DNA of 64,000 nt from an uncultured Thermoleophilaceae bacterium (GCA_963819635.1 CAWFWX010000008.1:26595-90594); one strand, 5' to 3'. Numbered from the stretch's first letter, positions 11,023 through 22,146 are shown. The notes: generated from the sequence alone by a model not told the origin. Program-made: numbers and translations.

Positions 11023-11412
11023 TCACGGGTCGCGCCGCTCGAGCGCGGCGTCGACGTCGTAGCCGAGCGCGAGCGCGACCTTCGGGGCGCACTGGACGAC
11101 TCGCGCGGTGCCCGTTACCGGCGTCACCGCCTCGAGGCTGGCGACGATCTCGTTGCTTGTCGCCCCGGCTGCGAGGGCGAGCGCCACGGCGTGCTGGAAC
11201 GACGAAGGGGCCGCATCGACGGCGATCGTCGCAGCGACGCGCACGAGCGCCGCGGTCCTCTCGTCGATGGCCGTCGTTGCGAATGAGCCGCCATCCGTCG
11301 CGATCGCTTCGAGAAGCGCCTCGTCGTGCACCGCGAGCCGACGCAGATGCTGCTTGTACTCGTCCATTGCCTCCGTGCGTATCCAACCCGACCGGGGCTG
11401 CCGGCGCATCAT
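11023..11412 (-). CDS. carboxymuconolactone decarboxylase (CMD/AhpD-like) family protein (alternative start 11367)
   Basis: IDERTAALVRVAATIAVDAAPSSFQHAVALALAAGATSNEIVASLEAVTPVTGTARVV. The start ATG overlaps the LuxR stop (ATGATGA context). Confidence 0.6.
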   Translation of the reverse strand: MMRRQPRSGWIRTEAMDEYKQHLRRLAVHDEALLEAIATDGGSFATTAIDERTAALVRVAATIAVDAAPSSFQHAVALALAAGATSNEIVASLEAVTPVTGTARVVQCAPKVALALGYDVDAALERRDP

Positions 11413-13616
11413 CCCTCCGGTATGAGATTTGCCGCCGGCGGGTAGACCGAGCTCTCCAGGAGCCCGACCTCGACGGCACGCTCGATCGCCTCACTGCGAG
11501 ATGAGACACCGAGCTTGCGGTAGATCGAGACCGCTTCGCTCTTGACGGTGTTGCGCGAGATGAACAGCCTGCTCGCGATCTCCGGAAACATGAGATGGGT
11601 GGCGAGGAACGGAAGCAGGCGGAGCTCCGCGCCCGTCAGGCTCATCGCCCAGGCGCCGCCCGAGCCGGAGGTCTCGGCGACGCGGTCGCGGAGCTCCCGT
11701 GCATCCTCGACGAGCGAGCCCATGTGCGGACGGAGCTCGAGCAGCTGCTCGGTCTCGGTGAGGACCGTGCGGGCCGCGCCGGGCTCGGCGAGCGCGAGAT
11801 GGGCGCGCGTGAGCTCGAGGCCGACTTGGATGGTCAGCCAGGGGAAGACCGTGATCGAGCAGTGGCCGCAGACGGTGCGCGCGGGTCAGCGCCGCGCGTG
11901 CATCCTCCTGTCTCGCCTCGTGGAGTGCGACGCGCGCGGTCGCCACATGCGCGAGCGCGCTCGTCGAGTAGTCGCCGAGGCCCGCATCCTCGACGAGCGC
12001 TTGTGCCGCCGCCTGCGCGTTTCGCTGCCTCGCCCCAGGCTCCCTGCGTTGGCCGCGAGGAGCGCGAGTTGCGCGTGTGCGAGGATGACCACTTCCGCAG
12101 CGCCGCCGCGGAGCCCGCGTCTCGATCGCCGCGGTGAGGTCGTCCGTCGCACGATCGGTTACGCCGAGCAGCGCGTGCGCCGTGCCTCGCAGGACGAGCG
12201 CGGCCGGTCTCCAACCACTCTCCGGCGGGTAGCTGATTCAGCGCCAGATCGGCGTCGGCGACGCGCCTGCTCGACACCGTCGGGCATCATTCCCGCCCGC
12301 AGGGTGGCGACCCAGGGCTCGATCGCGGCGCTGCCATCCGAGAGCGGGATCGATCGAGGTTGCCCCGTCGGCGAGAGCGAGCCACCGCTCGGCCTCAGCG
12401 GGCCGCCCCGTCAGCGCTCGGACCCAGGCTCCAACAACGGCGAGCGCGGGGTAGCGCCGCAGCTCGTCATCGCCGAACCACGCCGAGCCACTCCTCCAAG
12501 GTCTCCATGCGGCCGTCGTAGTGGACGGCCAGCGCAAGGGCGTCGACCAGGCCGGCGACGGTGTCCGTCTCACCCGCAGCGTGCCCGTAGACGACCGCCG
12601 CCTCGGGCAGGTCGTTGGCGATGCACCAGGCCATCGCCCGACGGTTGAGCTCGGGCACGATGTCAGGCTCGCTGCGCTCGAGCTCGGTGCGCAGCAGCTG
12701 GCCGAACAGGTGGTGGTAGCGATACCACTCGCCTCGCCGGTCGAGCGGCACCACGAAGCGGTTCGTACGCTCGAGCGCCTCGAGCGCGTGTGCCGACCGC
12801 GTCGTCTCGAGCACGGCGTCGCACAGCCCGCCACACATCCGATCCAGCACCGAGGTGTACTTGAGAAAGTGCGGCGTCTGCCGGCGGCAGCCGGGACAGG
12901 AGCTCGTAGCGGAAGTACTCGGACACGAAGCGGTCGTCGCCGTTGAAGCCGGGTGCGCCCTCCGAGCTCGGTGCGCCGGCCTGCAACGACAGCGCTGCGA
13001 GGTACAGGCCGGCGGGCCATCCTTCGGTGCGCTCGGTCAACTCGGAGAGCTCGCTCGCGTCGAGCTGGACTCCCGCAGCGTGCAGCAACCGCTCTGCTTC
13101 CTGCTCGTCCAGCCGGAGGTCCGCCACGCCGATCTCGTCCAGCCGTCCATGCGCCCGCCAGCGGGCAAGCGGCAAAGCCGGGGCTTCCCTGCTCGCGATC
13201 GCGATCTGCGAGCCGCGGGGCACGTACTCGAACAGCGCCGCGAGCACGTCCAGGCAGGAAGGATTCGCAACGGCGTGCAGATCGTCGAGCACCAGCACTA
13301 ACGGACGCTCTAGTGCAGCCAGTGCGCTCCCGACACGCGGGACGCGGCTCGACCAGGTCGACCCCCCTGGGCCCGACAACGCGTCAAAGACCTCAGGCGG
13401 AACCGGTTCAACGCGGTTGATGGCTGCCGCGATGTACCGCAGGAAAACCATCGCATCGTCGTCCCGGCCATCGAGCGCGACCCACGCGAAAGGGCGCGAA
13501 TCAGCCTCGGCCCACTTCGCGAGGAGGGTTGTCTTGCCGTATCCAGCTGGCGCGACCACGGTTGCGAAGGGCCGGGTCGACGTGCAAAGCCGTTTGATCA
13601 AGCCCGTCTTCGCCAC
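11409..13616 (-). pseudogene. large ATP-binding LuxR-family regulator (MalT/LAL-like), multiple frame changes
   Basis: N-terminal P-loop VVAPAGYGKTTLLAKWAE and LVLDDLH (ORF 12663..13616). Middle segment DRRGEWYRYHHLFGQLLRTEL (12467..12850). C-terminal HTH LTGAELRLLPFLATHLMFPEIASRLFISRNTVKSEAVSIYRKLGVSSR (11409..11723). Confidence 0.8.
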
Positions 13617-13755
13617 GGTTCCTGTCCTGGCGAACGGCGCACTGAGCTTGACATCAACGAGCGTCGAAAGGAACTTCCGATACGGCCATTGGACGACGAA
13701 TGCTATGGCCCTGTCGCTCGCGAAAGCCAGCGGTCAGCCTCGAATTCAGCCCCGG

Positions 13756-13792
13756 ATTTCATCCCGTTGGTATGACGAACGGCAGACCGCGC
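13756..13792 (+). promoter_or_regulatory. conserved upstream element, copy 1 (ATTTCAT-cccgttggt-ATGACGAACGGCAGACCGCGC)
   Basis: It matches 16792-16826 in its flanks, while the 9-bp core is the exact reverse complement. It lies about 105 bp upstream of the first DUF1254/DUF1214 gene, in the divergent LuxR intergenic region. Confidence 0.3.
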
Positions 13793-13895
13793 ACGCTTAC
13801 GGTGATTCCGCAATCTCAAGTCGTCGCCTGTCCACGGCTCAGAGAGCCGGATCAGGTTCTGGCTTCGCGCCGTATCCATACCCCAGGAGTGACAA

Positions 13896-15453
13896 ATGAC
13901 CGTTTCCAGCGAGACGCTTAACGCCATCTCGACGCCAGAGCACCTAGACAGTCGGCTCGGGACGCTCGAGTTCGTCGACGGGGTGCCGACCGCCGAGACC
14001 GCCGAGCTCGTGTACGACCACCTCGACTTCGTGCACGCGCTGAACGTGTTCCTCAACGGCTACGCCGGCGCATCGACTTGCGCGATGCGGAAGGGCTTCC
14101 ACGATGCGGGACTGAACGACAACGAGATACTCATCTTCTCGGAGCTGATGGGGTCGGAGTCGCTGTTCCTGACCGCGAACGCCGACACGGTCTACTTCGT
14201 CGGCGTCGTCGACCTCACCTCGGGCCCGATGGTGGTCGAGACGCCGCCGCAGGCGCTCGGCGCTGTTCGACGACATGTGGTTCCAGTGGATCGTCGACTT
14301 CGGGCTGTCCGGGCCCGATCGCGGCGAGGGCGGCCGGTTCCTGCTCGTCCCGCCGGACTACGACGGCTCACTGCCCGAGAGCGGCGTACACGTCAGGCAC
14401 TCGCGCACGACCCGGGTGCTGCTGCTCGGCCGGTCGTTCATGGTGGACGACGACCCGGCGCCGACCGTCGAGCTGATCAAGAGCACGCTGAAGCTCTACC
14501 CCTATGCACCAGGGTGGCTTCGGCACGAGCGTCGGAACGCTGCTCGAAGGCGGACATGGGCTGCCCGCATGCACCAGCGGCCGTTCCCGAGACGACGTTC
14601 GTGGAGGGCAGCGGGAGGGCGTTCAACACGATCCCGCCAGCCGGCGTGGCCTTCTACGAGCTCCTGAACGAGCTCGTGCAGGAGGAGCCTGCGGGCAGCA
14701 CGGACATCGAGCTGATGGGGCAGCTGGCCGCAATCGGGATCGTCAAGGGCCAGCCGTTCGAGCCGGATGACCGGATGCGGGGCATCCTCGAGGATGCGGC
14801 TGCCGTCGGGAAGCGCGACCTCGCGGGCGCTGGTCTTCGAGGCGCGAGCAGCGGAAGGGTTCGCCTACTACGACGAGGGCTCGGCCTGGTTCACGAACCT
14901 CTTTGTCGGCGGGTACAACTTCGAGACGCCGCCGCCGCTCGTCACGAAAGAGGGGATCAAGCCGCTCCCCGCGACCGGCGTGCGAAAGCTGCATTCGCGA
15001 ACCGCGTTCTTCTACGGCTACACCGGAATCACGCCGGCGATGTGCATGCGGCTCACCGGGATCGGGTCGCAGTACCTGCTCGCCACCAAGGACGCAGCCG
15101 GGAACCGCTTCGACGGTGCGAAGACCTACCAAGTGACGCTACCCCCGGACATCCCGGCGGCGCGCTTCTGGTCGTTCACCCTGTACGACACCGAGACGCG
15201 ATCGATGCTCCAGACGCCGCAGCGCTACCCGCGCGCCGGGAGCCAGTCCTACCCGACACCGGCGGCGACCGCGAACGACGACGGCTCGACGACGATCACA
15301 TTCGGCCCGGAGCGGCCCGCGGACAGCCCGGAGGGCAACTGGATCCAGACGACCGAAGGCAAGGGCTGGTTCGTGGCCCTGCGCCTCTACAGCCCGCTCG
15401 CGCCGTTCTTCGACAAGTCCTGGCGCCCCAGCGAAATCGAGCCCCTGGCCTAG
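13896..15453 (+). pseudogene. DUF1254/DUF1214 two-domain protein, copy 1, at least four frame changes
   Basis: LGTLEFVDGVPT, LFLTANADTVYFVGVVDL, FQWIVDFGLSGPDRGEGGRFLLVPPDYDG, then the DUF1214-type tail FWSFTLYD...GNWIQTTEGKGWFVALRLYSPLAPFFDKSWRPSEIEPL. RBS-like AGGAG precedes the ATG. Confidence 0.7.
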
Positions 15454-15478
15454 AACGGCCCGGACGAAAGGAAGCACC

Positions 15479-15808
15479 ATGGCCCGGTCGACAGATGAGA
15501 CCCCGCTCCTCGACCTGCTGAAGGACATGACCGCGTCCTCGCTGGACGCCACGAATCTCGACGAGCAGACGCTCATGCTGGTTCGCCTCGCTGCGCTGGT
15601 CGCGGTCAATGCCCCGCCGGTCTCGTATGCGATGAACCTCGAGGCGGCAGGCGAGGTCGGTGTCGACGCCGAGCAGGTCCGTGGCGTGCTTGCGGCGATC
15701 GCACCGATTGTCGGCACGACCCGAGTCGTGTCCGCGACGAGCAGCATCGCCGGGGCCCTCGCGCTCGAGGTCGAGCTCGCGGAGCTCGACGGGCAAAGCG
15801 CGCAGTAG
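15479..15808 (+). CDS. carboxymuconolactone decarboxylase (CMD) family protein, copy 2
   Basis: LDEQTLMLVRLAALVAVNAPPVSYAMNLEAAGEVGVDAEQVRGVLAAIAPIVGTTRVV; paralogous to 11023..11412. Confidence 0.6.
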   Translation: MARSTDETPLLDLLKDMTASSLDATNLDEQTLMLVRLAALVAVNAPPVSYAMNLEAAGEVGVDAEQVRGVLAAIAPIVGTTRVVSATSSIAGALALEVELAELDGQSAQ

Positions 15809-15838
15809 CCCCAGGAACGAGCAGAGAGGGAGCGCGAG

Positions 15839-16571
15839 GTGGCCGCCGCATTCGGCTGGGGGACCCTGGCGGCTTCGTCGCTCGTGATCGGCGCCGTTGT
15901 CGCGCTTCGTCTTCCGCATCGGCCTGCGCGCGATCGGGCTGATCATGGCGTTCGGCGCCGGCGTGCTGATCAGCGCGGTCGCGTTCGACCTCGTCGAGGA
16001 GGCGGTCGACAAGTCATCCGGCCACGGATGGGTCGTTGCGGGCCTCTTCGCCGGCTGCGGGGTCTTCTTCGGCGGCGACCTGCTGATCGACCGAATGGGC
16101 GGCGGCGACCGCAAGGATGCGGACGGCGACCAGGAGGGCGGCTCCGCGCTCGCGATCGTGCTCGGAACAGTCCTCGACGGGATCCCCGAGTCGATGGTGA
16201 TCGGCCTGACGATCTTCGAAGGCGGGGCGGTGGGCGCCGCCTATCTGGCCGCGGTCTTCATCTCCAACCTGCCCGAGTCGATCTCCTCGACGTCCGGCCT
16301 CGTCACCAGCGGCTGGGAGAAGTCGCGCATCCTCTGGATGTGGATCGCGATCGCGCTGATCTCGGGACTCGCGTCGCTGGCCGGCTACGGCCTGTTCCAG
16401 GACTCCTCGCCGGACACCGTCGCCTTCGTGCTCGCGTTCGCGGCCGGCGCGATCCTCACCATGCTCGCGAACACGATGATGCCCGAGGCGTTCGAGCACG
16501 GAGGCAAGCTCGTCGGCGTAGTGACGACGCTCGGATTCGCGGTCGCCTTCGCAATCCACACGCTCGCCTGA
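15839..16571 (+). pseudogene. ZIP-family divalent metal transporter (ZupT-like), one frame change near 15900
   Basis: Polytopic membrane protein with LGTVLDGIPESMVIGL and FISNLPESISS motifs (ORF 15897..16571). The N-terminus is in ORF 15839... Confidence 0.7.
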
Positions 16572-16791
16572 CGCACAACGCCGAGGGCGACCGGGCGCGA
16601 ACACGCCGGACCGGCCGTCGCTGCCGTCTGTCGCTCAGGCCCTTGGGCAGCGATGGATCGCCACCTAGCGGCTGCCCTCTGCTGCGGTTCGAGGCTTCCA
16701 AGCCGCTTCCAGATGATCGCTACTGCTGGCACGCCGAAGCAGTTCAAAGCGGCTCTCGTCGAGGGCTAAGAGCCCCGGCTACGGTGCTCCC

Positions 16792-16826
16792 ATTTCATAC
16801 CAACGGGATGACGACGGCGGACGCGC
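16792..16826 (+). promoter_or_regulatory. conserved upstream element, copy 2 (ATTTCAT-accaacggg-ATGACGACGGCGGACGCGC)
   Basis: See copy 1. It lies about 40-50 bp upstream of the GFA gene, which precedes the second DUF1254/DUF1214 gene. Confidence 0.3.
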
Positions 16827-16862
16827 CCCCGTCGACACTCGGATTCTTGTCTACGACTCCAG

Positions 16863-17343
16863 ATGGGAGCGGAAATGGCCACGCGTACGTCTTCGTGCAA
16901 TTGCGGGCAGCTCAGCCTCACGTACGAAGGGCGCCGACCCAGAGCGCATCTCCCTGTGCCAGTGCTACGAGTGCCAGAGGCGGACGGGCAGCGTGCTCAG
17001 CGTGCAAGCGCGAATCCCGAGGGAGCAGGTGACGATCGAAGGCCAATCGACGACGTGGACGTTTCCCGTCGAGGGCGGGAAGCCGGCCGAGTTTCGCTCC
17101 TGCGACAGCGGCGGGGCGACGTATCACTTCTGCCCTGAGTGCGGTTCGACCGTGTATTGGGATATCCCGGTCGCGCCGGACGTCGTCGGGGTCGCAGTCG
17201 GCGGCTTCACCGACCCGACGTTTCCGCCGCCGATGATTTCCGGCTTCGAGGCGTACGGGCATCCGTGGGCGATGAACCCCTCGGAGCTTCCGATGCCGCA
17301 TTACGACACCGACGGCACAGAACACGGCGGGGCACGAGCGTGA
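16863..17343 (+). pseudogene. GFA/CENP-V family (glutathione-dependent formaldehyde-activating-like) protein, one frame change near 16930
   Basis: Cys motifs CNCGQ, CQCYECQRRTGS (other frame) and FCPECGSTVYW, from ORFs 16863.. and 16993..17343. Confidence 0.65.
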
Positions 17344-17347
17344 CTAC

Positions 17348-18851
17348 GTGGACGACGATCAATCAATCATCGAACCCTGGGAGAGCCTTGTGACGCCGAC
17401 GCCGAACTTCAACACCCCGATCCCGGCGAAGATCATGACGCCGGATCGGGTTTCGACCCGGATCGGCACGTTGGAGTTCTTCGACGGGATGCCGACGGAG
17501 GCCACCGCAGCGATGCGTGCTGGAGCATCTGACGTTCCTGCGGGCGGTCGAGGTGTTCCTCAGCACGATCCCGGCTGCGTCGCTGGAGGCGATGCGCGAC
17601 CGGGCTCGGCGAGTTCGGCGCGACAGCGCGAACAAGGTGGTGATCTTCGACGACCTGATGGACTCCAACTCGTTGTTCCTGACCGGCAACACCGACACCG
17701 TCTACGCGTTGGCCGTGCTCGACCTCGACCGTGACGGGCCGACGGTCGTCGAGATCCCGCCGGGGTGCGGGCCTGGCACGGTGGACGACGCCTGGTTCCG
17801 TTTCGTGATCGACATGGGCGCACCCGGGCCAGACCGCGGCGCAGGGCGGCAAGTACCTGATCCTGCCGCCCGGGCTACGACGGCGAGGTGCCCGACGGGT
17901 ACTTCACGGCGGAGTCGACGAGCTACATCAACTGGATCGCCCTGCGCGGGTTCCTCGTCGACGGCAAGCCCGACGCCGCCTCGCAGATGTTCCGCAACGG
18001 CCTGCAAGATCTACCCGCTCGATCGCCGGGACGATCCGCCGCGCGATGGAGTTCATCAACGCCTCCGGACAGGTGTTCAACACGATCCACGCCAACAACG
18101 TCGAGTTCTACGACGAGCTGCACACCGTCATCGACCGCGAGCCGATCGACATGATCGATCCGGAGACCCGCGGGCTGCTGGCCAGCATCGGCATCCGCAA
18201 GGGCCAGCCGTTCGAACCCGACGACGCACTGCGGGCGATCCTGATCGACGCCGGCGGCCGTCGCCAACGCCACCGCACGGGCGACGTTCTTCAACACGCC
18301 GGAGCCGGACAACTACCTGTACGAGGGCAGCTACTGGAAGCGCGGCTTCTTCGGCGGCAACTACCAGTTCCTGCTCGACGGCGAAGCGGCGTACGCAACC
18401 TCGACGCCCGCACCGCCTTCTTCTACATGGCGACCGTCAACACACCGGCGATGGCGGCGAAGATGATCGGCCGCGGCTCCCAGTACGCCTGGGGCGACCG
18501 GGACAGCACCGGCAACTACCTCGACGGAGCGAACAACTACCGGCTCCACATCCCCGCCGACGTCCCGGCCAAGAACTTCTGGTCGCTCGTCGTGTACGAC
18601 CCGCAGACCCGCTCCGAACTGCAGACCGGGCAGCCGTTCCCGAGCAAGAACAACGCGAAAGGCGGCCTCACCGACAACGCCGACGGCTCCGTCGACCTCT
18701 ACTTCGGGCCCGCAGCCGCCCGAGCGACCACGAGGCGAACTGGATCCAGACCGTTCCCGGCAAGGGCTGGTTCTCCATCCTGCGCCTCTACGGCCCCCTC
18801 GACCCCTGGTTCGACAAGACCTGGCGACCCGGCGAAATCGAACCGCGCTAA
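17348..18851 (+). pseudogene. DUF1254/DUF1214 two-domain protein, copy 2, at least five frame changes
   Basis: IGTLEFFDGMPT, LFLTGNTDTVYALAVLDL, FRFVIDMGAPGPDRGAGGKYLILPPGYDG, FWSLVVYD, ANWIQTVPGKGWFSILRLYGPLDPWFDKTWRPGEIEP. The domain order matches copy 1. Confidence 0.7.
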
Positions 18852-19080
18852 GCGGCTCCCGCAACGGACGACCTGCAGGAGCGCCGCCCAGCTGGAAGCG
18901 GAGTGTCGCTTCCCCATGAAGGCAGCACTCTTGCGTCGCCCGTGACCTCAAGGGATGCGAACAGGCGCCGAGTCGAGCACAGCTGCATCCCGGCCGCGAT
19001 GGGGTTTACCCGTTGCCCACCGCTATCTCGCGTTACTGAGATTGCCCGACAGAGCCGCAGGAAGCGTAATGCCCGTAATT

Positions 19081-19103
19081 CGTTGCAGCGCCCGTTGCAG
19101 CGC
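19081..19103 (+). repeat. tandem direct repeat CGTTGCAGCGC x2 about 50 bp inside attR; candidate arm-type site
   Basis: CGTTGCAGCGC at 19081-19091 and 19093-19103. Its complement carries the GCAACG core also seen at 9583-9590. Confidence 0.25.
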
Positions 19104-19151
19104 AGCGAGTGCGGCATTGCTCTAAGAAGCGGCTTAGCGCCAATTCGGCTG

Positions 19152-19199
<48 letters not shown>

Positions 19200-19227
19200 G
19201 GAACGTCCCTGATATTGCGGCGGCTAG

Positions 19228-19300
<73 letters not shown>

Positions 19301-20503
19301 TCAGACGGAGACGATAGCCCCGGCCGGTTCCAGGCGGGGGTGGTGCAGCTCCGCCGAATCCACCAGCGTGTCCACCAGCTCCTCGATGTCGGCGGTTCGC
19401 TCGATCTGGCGCAGGTCGTCGGGCTGGCCGCGCGTGACGGCGAGCTTCGAGGAGAAGAGCTGGCAGCAGTCCTCGTCGGGAAGGATCGAGATGTCGTAGG
19501 TGCCGAGCTGCTTCGCGATCTCGACGATCTCCTGCTTGTCGCGGTCGATCAGCGGGCGCAGCAGCGGCAGCTCGGCCGCCTCCTCCACGACCGCGAGGTT
19601 CGGGAGCGTCTGCGAGGCCACCTGTCCCAGCGAGTCGCCGGTCACGAGCGCCTCGGCGCCCTCGCGGCGGCCGAGGGCGGACGCCACCTTCACCATCAGG
19701 CGCCGCTGCGAGAGCACCTGGAGCCTGCCGGCCCCAGCGGTGGCGAGCCGGCGCTGGGCCGTGCCGAAGGAGACGACGAACAGCCGCGAGTCGCCCTGGA
19801 AGCGGTCGAGCCTGCCGGCGAGCGCGTAGGCCTTGTAGACGGACTCGGGTCCCGTGAAGGGCCGCCCGCTGAAGTGCACGAAGTCGCAGCGCAGGCCGCG
19901 CTTCATCATCCGGTAGGCGGCCACGGGCGAGTCGAGCCCGCCGGACAGGAGGACGAGCGCGCGTCCGCTCGAGCCCACCGGCAGCCCGCCGGCCCCGCGC
20001 AGGCGGTCCACAGACACGAGCAGCTCCTTGTGGTCCACCTCGACGTAGGCAGCGAGGTCGGGGTTCGAGAGGTCCACGGCGAGGCCGAGCCGGACCCGCA
20101 CGGCGTCGCCGATCACTCGCGAGAGCTCGATCGACCGCAGCGGGAAGCGCTTGTCACGGCGGCTCGTGCGGATGGCGAACGTCTGTCCCGGGCGCCCGCG
20201 CAGAAGCTCGACGGCGGCGTCAGCGGCCGCCGCGACGTCGCGGTCGCAGCGAAGGGCCGGCTGAACGACGCTCACTCCGGGCAGCCCGAGGCAGCGCTCC
20301 ACCAGCGCTTCCTGCGGCATGCTGCCCGAGACGATGAAGACCCCGCCGCGGTTCCGCACCTCGAGCGGCCCGAGGTCCGAGGTGAGCCGCCGCAGGTTGC
20401 GTTCGAGCGCGTTCACGAACAGCGGGCGGTTGCGGCCCTTGAGCGCGAGCTCGCCGAACTTCAGCAGCACGCAGCGCTGTCCACGGAGCTCGTCCATCGG
20501 CAT
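19301..20503 (-). CDS. thiI: tRNA 4-thiouridine(8) synthase ThiI
   Basis: VLLKFGELALKGRNR N-terminus, THUMP-like middle, PP-loop LVLLSGGLDSPVAAYRMMKRG. Start ATG 20503, within ORF 19301..20860. Confidence 0.8.
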   Translation of the reverse strand: MPMDELRGQRCVLLKFGELALKGRNRPLFVNALERNLRRLTSDLGPLEVRNRGGVFIVSGSMPQEALVERCLGLPGVSVVQPALRCDRDVAAAADAAVELLRGRPGQTFAIRTSRRDKRFPLRSIELSRVIGDAVRVRLGLAVDLSNPDLAAYVEVDHKELLVSVDRLRGAGGLPVGSSGRALVLLSGGLDSPVAAYRMMKRGLRCDFVHFSGRPFTGPESVYKAYALAGRLDRFQGDSRLFVVSFGTAQRRLATAGAGRLQVLSQRRLMVKVASALGRREGAEALVTGDSLGQVASQTLPNLAVVEEAAELPLLRPLIDRDKQEIVEIAKQLGTYDISILPDEDCCQLFSSKLAVTRGQPDDLRQIERTADIEELVDTLVDSAELHHPRLEPAGAIVSV

Positions 20504-20545
20504 CCGCAAAAGTAGCGCCACAAGTACGCTACGGCCAGCGGCGTC

Positions 20546-21574
20546 ATGAGCGATGCGCGGATCCCAACGAGCCTCGTCGGCTCCTACGCGCAGCCGAACT
20601 GGCTGATCGACCGCGAGCGCCTGCGCGGGCGCTTCCCGCCGCGGGTGCGCGCGACGGAGCTGTGGCGGATCGACCCCGCCTACCTCGAGGAGGCGCAGGA
20701 CGACGCCACCCGGCTCGCGATCGCCGACCAGGAGCGCGCCGGCCTCGACATCGTCACCGACGGTGAGATGCGCCGCGAGAGCTACTCGAACCGCTTCGCC
20801 ACGGCGCTCGACGGCGTGGACATCGACAACCCCGGCGAGGCGCTCGACCGCAGCGGGCATCCCAACCCGGTGCCGCGCGTCGTGGGCGAGATCTCACGAC
20901 GCCATCCGGTGCAGGTGCGCGACGTCGAGTTCCTGAAGGCGCACACGAGCCGGAGGACGAAGGTCACCGTTCCGGGCCCGTTCACGATGTCCCAGCAGGC
21001 GCAGGACGATCACTACGGCTCACCTGACAGGCTCGGTATGGCCTACGCGGAGGCGGTGCGCGGCGAGATCATCGACCTGTTCGAGGCGGGCGCCGACATC
21101 GTCCAGGTCGACGAGCCCTACATGCAGGCCCGCCCGGAGCCGGCGCGCGAGTACGGCCTCGACGCCCTGAAGCACGCGACCGACGGGATCGAGGGGACCG
21201 TCGCCGTCCACATCTGCTTCGGCTACGCGGCGATCATCCACGAGCGGCCGAGCGGGTACTCGTTCCTGCCCGAGCTGGCGGCGACCGAGGCCGACCAGAT
21301 CAGCATCGAGACCGCGCAGTCGGGCCTCGCGCTCGACGTGCTCGACTCGCTGCCCGACAAGACGATCATCCTCGGCGTGCTCGACCTCTCCAGCGACGAC
21401 GTGGAGACGCCGGAGACCGTCGCCGAGCGCATCCGCCGCGCGTTCCCGCACAAGACTCCCGAGCAGCTCATCGCCGCGCCCGACTGCGGCATGAAGTACC
21501 TGTCGCGGGAGGCGGCCTACGGCAAGCTGGAGTCGCTCGTCGAGGGCGCCCGGCTGGCCTACTCGTCCTCGTAG
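20546..21574 (+). CDS. cobalamin-independent methionine synthase (MetE C-terminal domain) family protein
   Basis: 342 aa: VGSYAQP, DIVTDGEMRRESY, VQVDEPYM, VHICFGY, APDCGMKYL. Confidence 0.7.
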   Translation: MSDARIPTSLVGSYAQPNWLIDRERLRGRFPPRVRATELWRIDPAYLEEAQDDATRLAIADQERAGLDIVTDGEMRRESYSNRFATALDGVDIDNPGEALDRSGHPNPVPRVVGEISRRHPVQVRDVEFLKAHTSRRTKVTVPGPFTMSQQAQDDHYGSPDRLGMAYAEAVRGEIIDLFEAGADIVQVDEPYMQARPEPAREYGLDALKHATDGIEGTVAVHICFGYAAIIHERPSGYSFLPELAATEADQISIETAQSGLALDVLDSLPDKTIILGVLDLSSDDVETPETVAERIRRAFPHKTPEQLIAAPDCGMKYLSREAAYGKLESLVEGARLAYSSS

Positions 21575-22146
21575 AGCGACTCGCGCGCCAGCTCGGCGCC
21601 GCGCGCGCCGTACAGGCGGACCTCGATGTAGTCGCCCGTGTAGGCGTCGAGCGACACGAGCGTGAAGCGGTCCTCCACGAGCGTGCACTGGTCGGTCGTT
21701 GTCGGGCCCAGCTCGGTTGTGGCCGCCGCCCCGTTCGGCACCAGGGCGACGCCCCAGACGAGCGTGACCACTCCGCGCCTGCCCTCCGGTCCGCGCCAGT
21801 GGCCGATCTCGTGGTCTGAGAGGTCGAGCGTCCAGTCGGGGTTCTCCGCCGACGTCTCGTCCGTGAAGTCGGCCGCTGCCATGAAGTCCGCGGCCTGCGC
21901 GCCCTCGTGCTCGCGCGTATACGACACGTAGCCGAACACCTCGCCGCCCTCCTCGGCCGGCGCGGTCGCGGGCACGTACGTCCGGCCTCCCCAGGTGCGG
22001 TCGGGGAACCAGGTGATCTCCCCGATGGCGGCCTCGGCGGCGCGCGCGAAGTGCTCGGCCAGCGCTTCGCCCCAGCGGCCGTAGGGCAACGGCTCCTGCG
22101 GCGGCTCGGCAGCGAACATCGGGACCTGTCTCGGCACGGGCGGCAT
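21559..22146 (-). CDS. hypothetical protein (start 22146 or 22119)
   Basis: The C-terminal two thirds of ORF 21559..22344 have normal composition (GEITWFPDRTWGGRTYVPA...DWTLDLSDHEIGHWRGPEG...). I recognise no family. Confidence 0.45.
   Translation of the reverse strand: MPPVPRQVPMFAAEPPQEPLPYGRWGEALAEHFARAAEAAIGEITWFPDRTWGGRTYVPATAPAEEGGEVFGYVSYTREHEGAQAADFMAAADFTDETSAENPDWTLDLSDHEIGHWRGPEGRRGVVTLVWGVALVPNGAAATTELGPTTTDQCTLVEDRFTLVSLDAYTGDYIEVRLYGARGAELARESLYEDE

Noticed and set aside
16572-16790. Possible gene or transposase remnant between the ZIP and GFA genes (ORF 16385..16747 minus)
   Set aside because: The translation shows no recognisable motif and overlaps the ZIP 3' end. It is treated as non-coding spacer.
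20504-20545. Cobalamin or SAM riboswitch upstream of the MetE-like gene
   Set aside because: The intergenic space to divergent thiI is only 42 nt, too short for either riboswitch.
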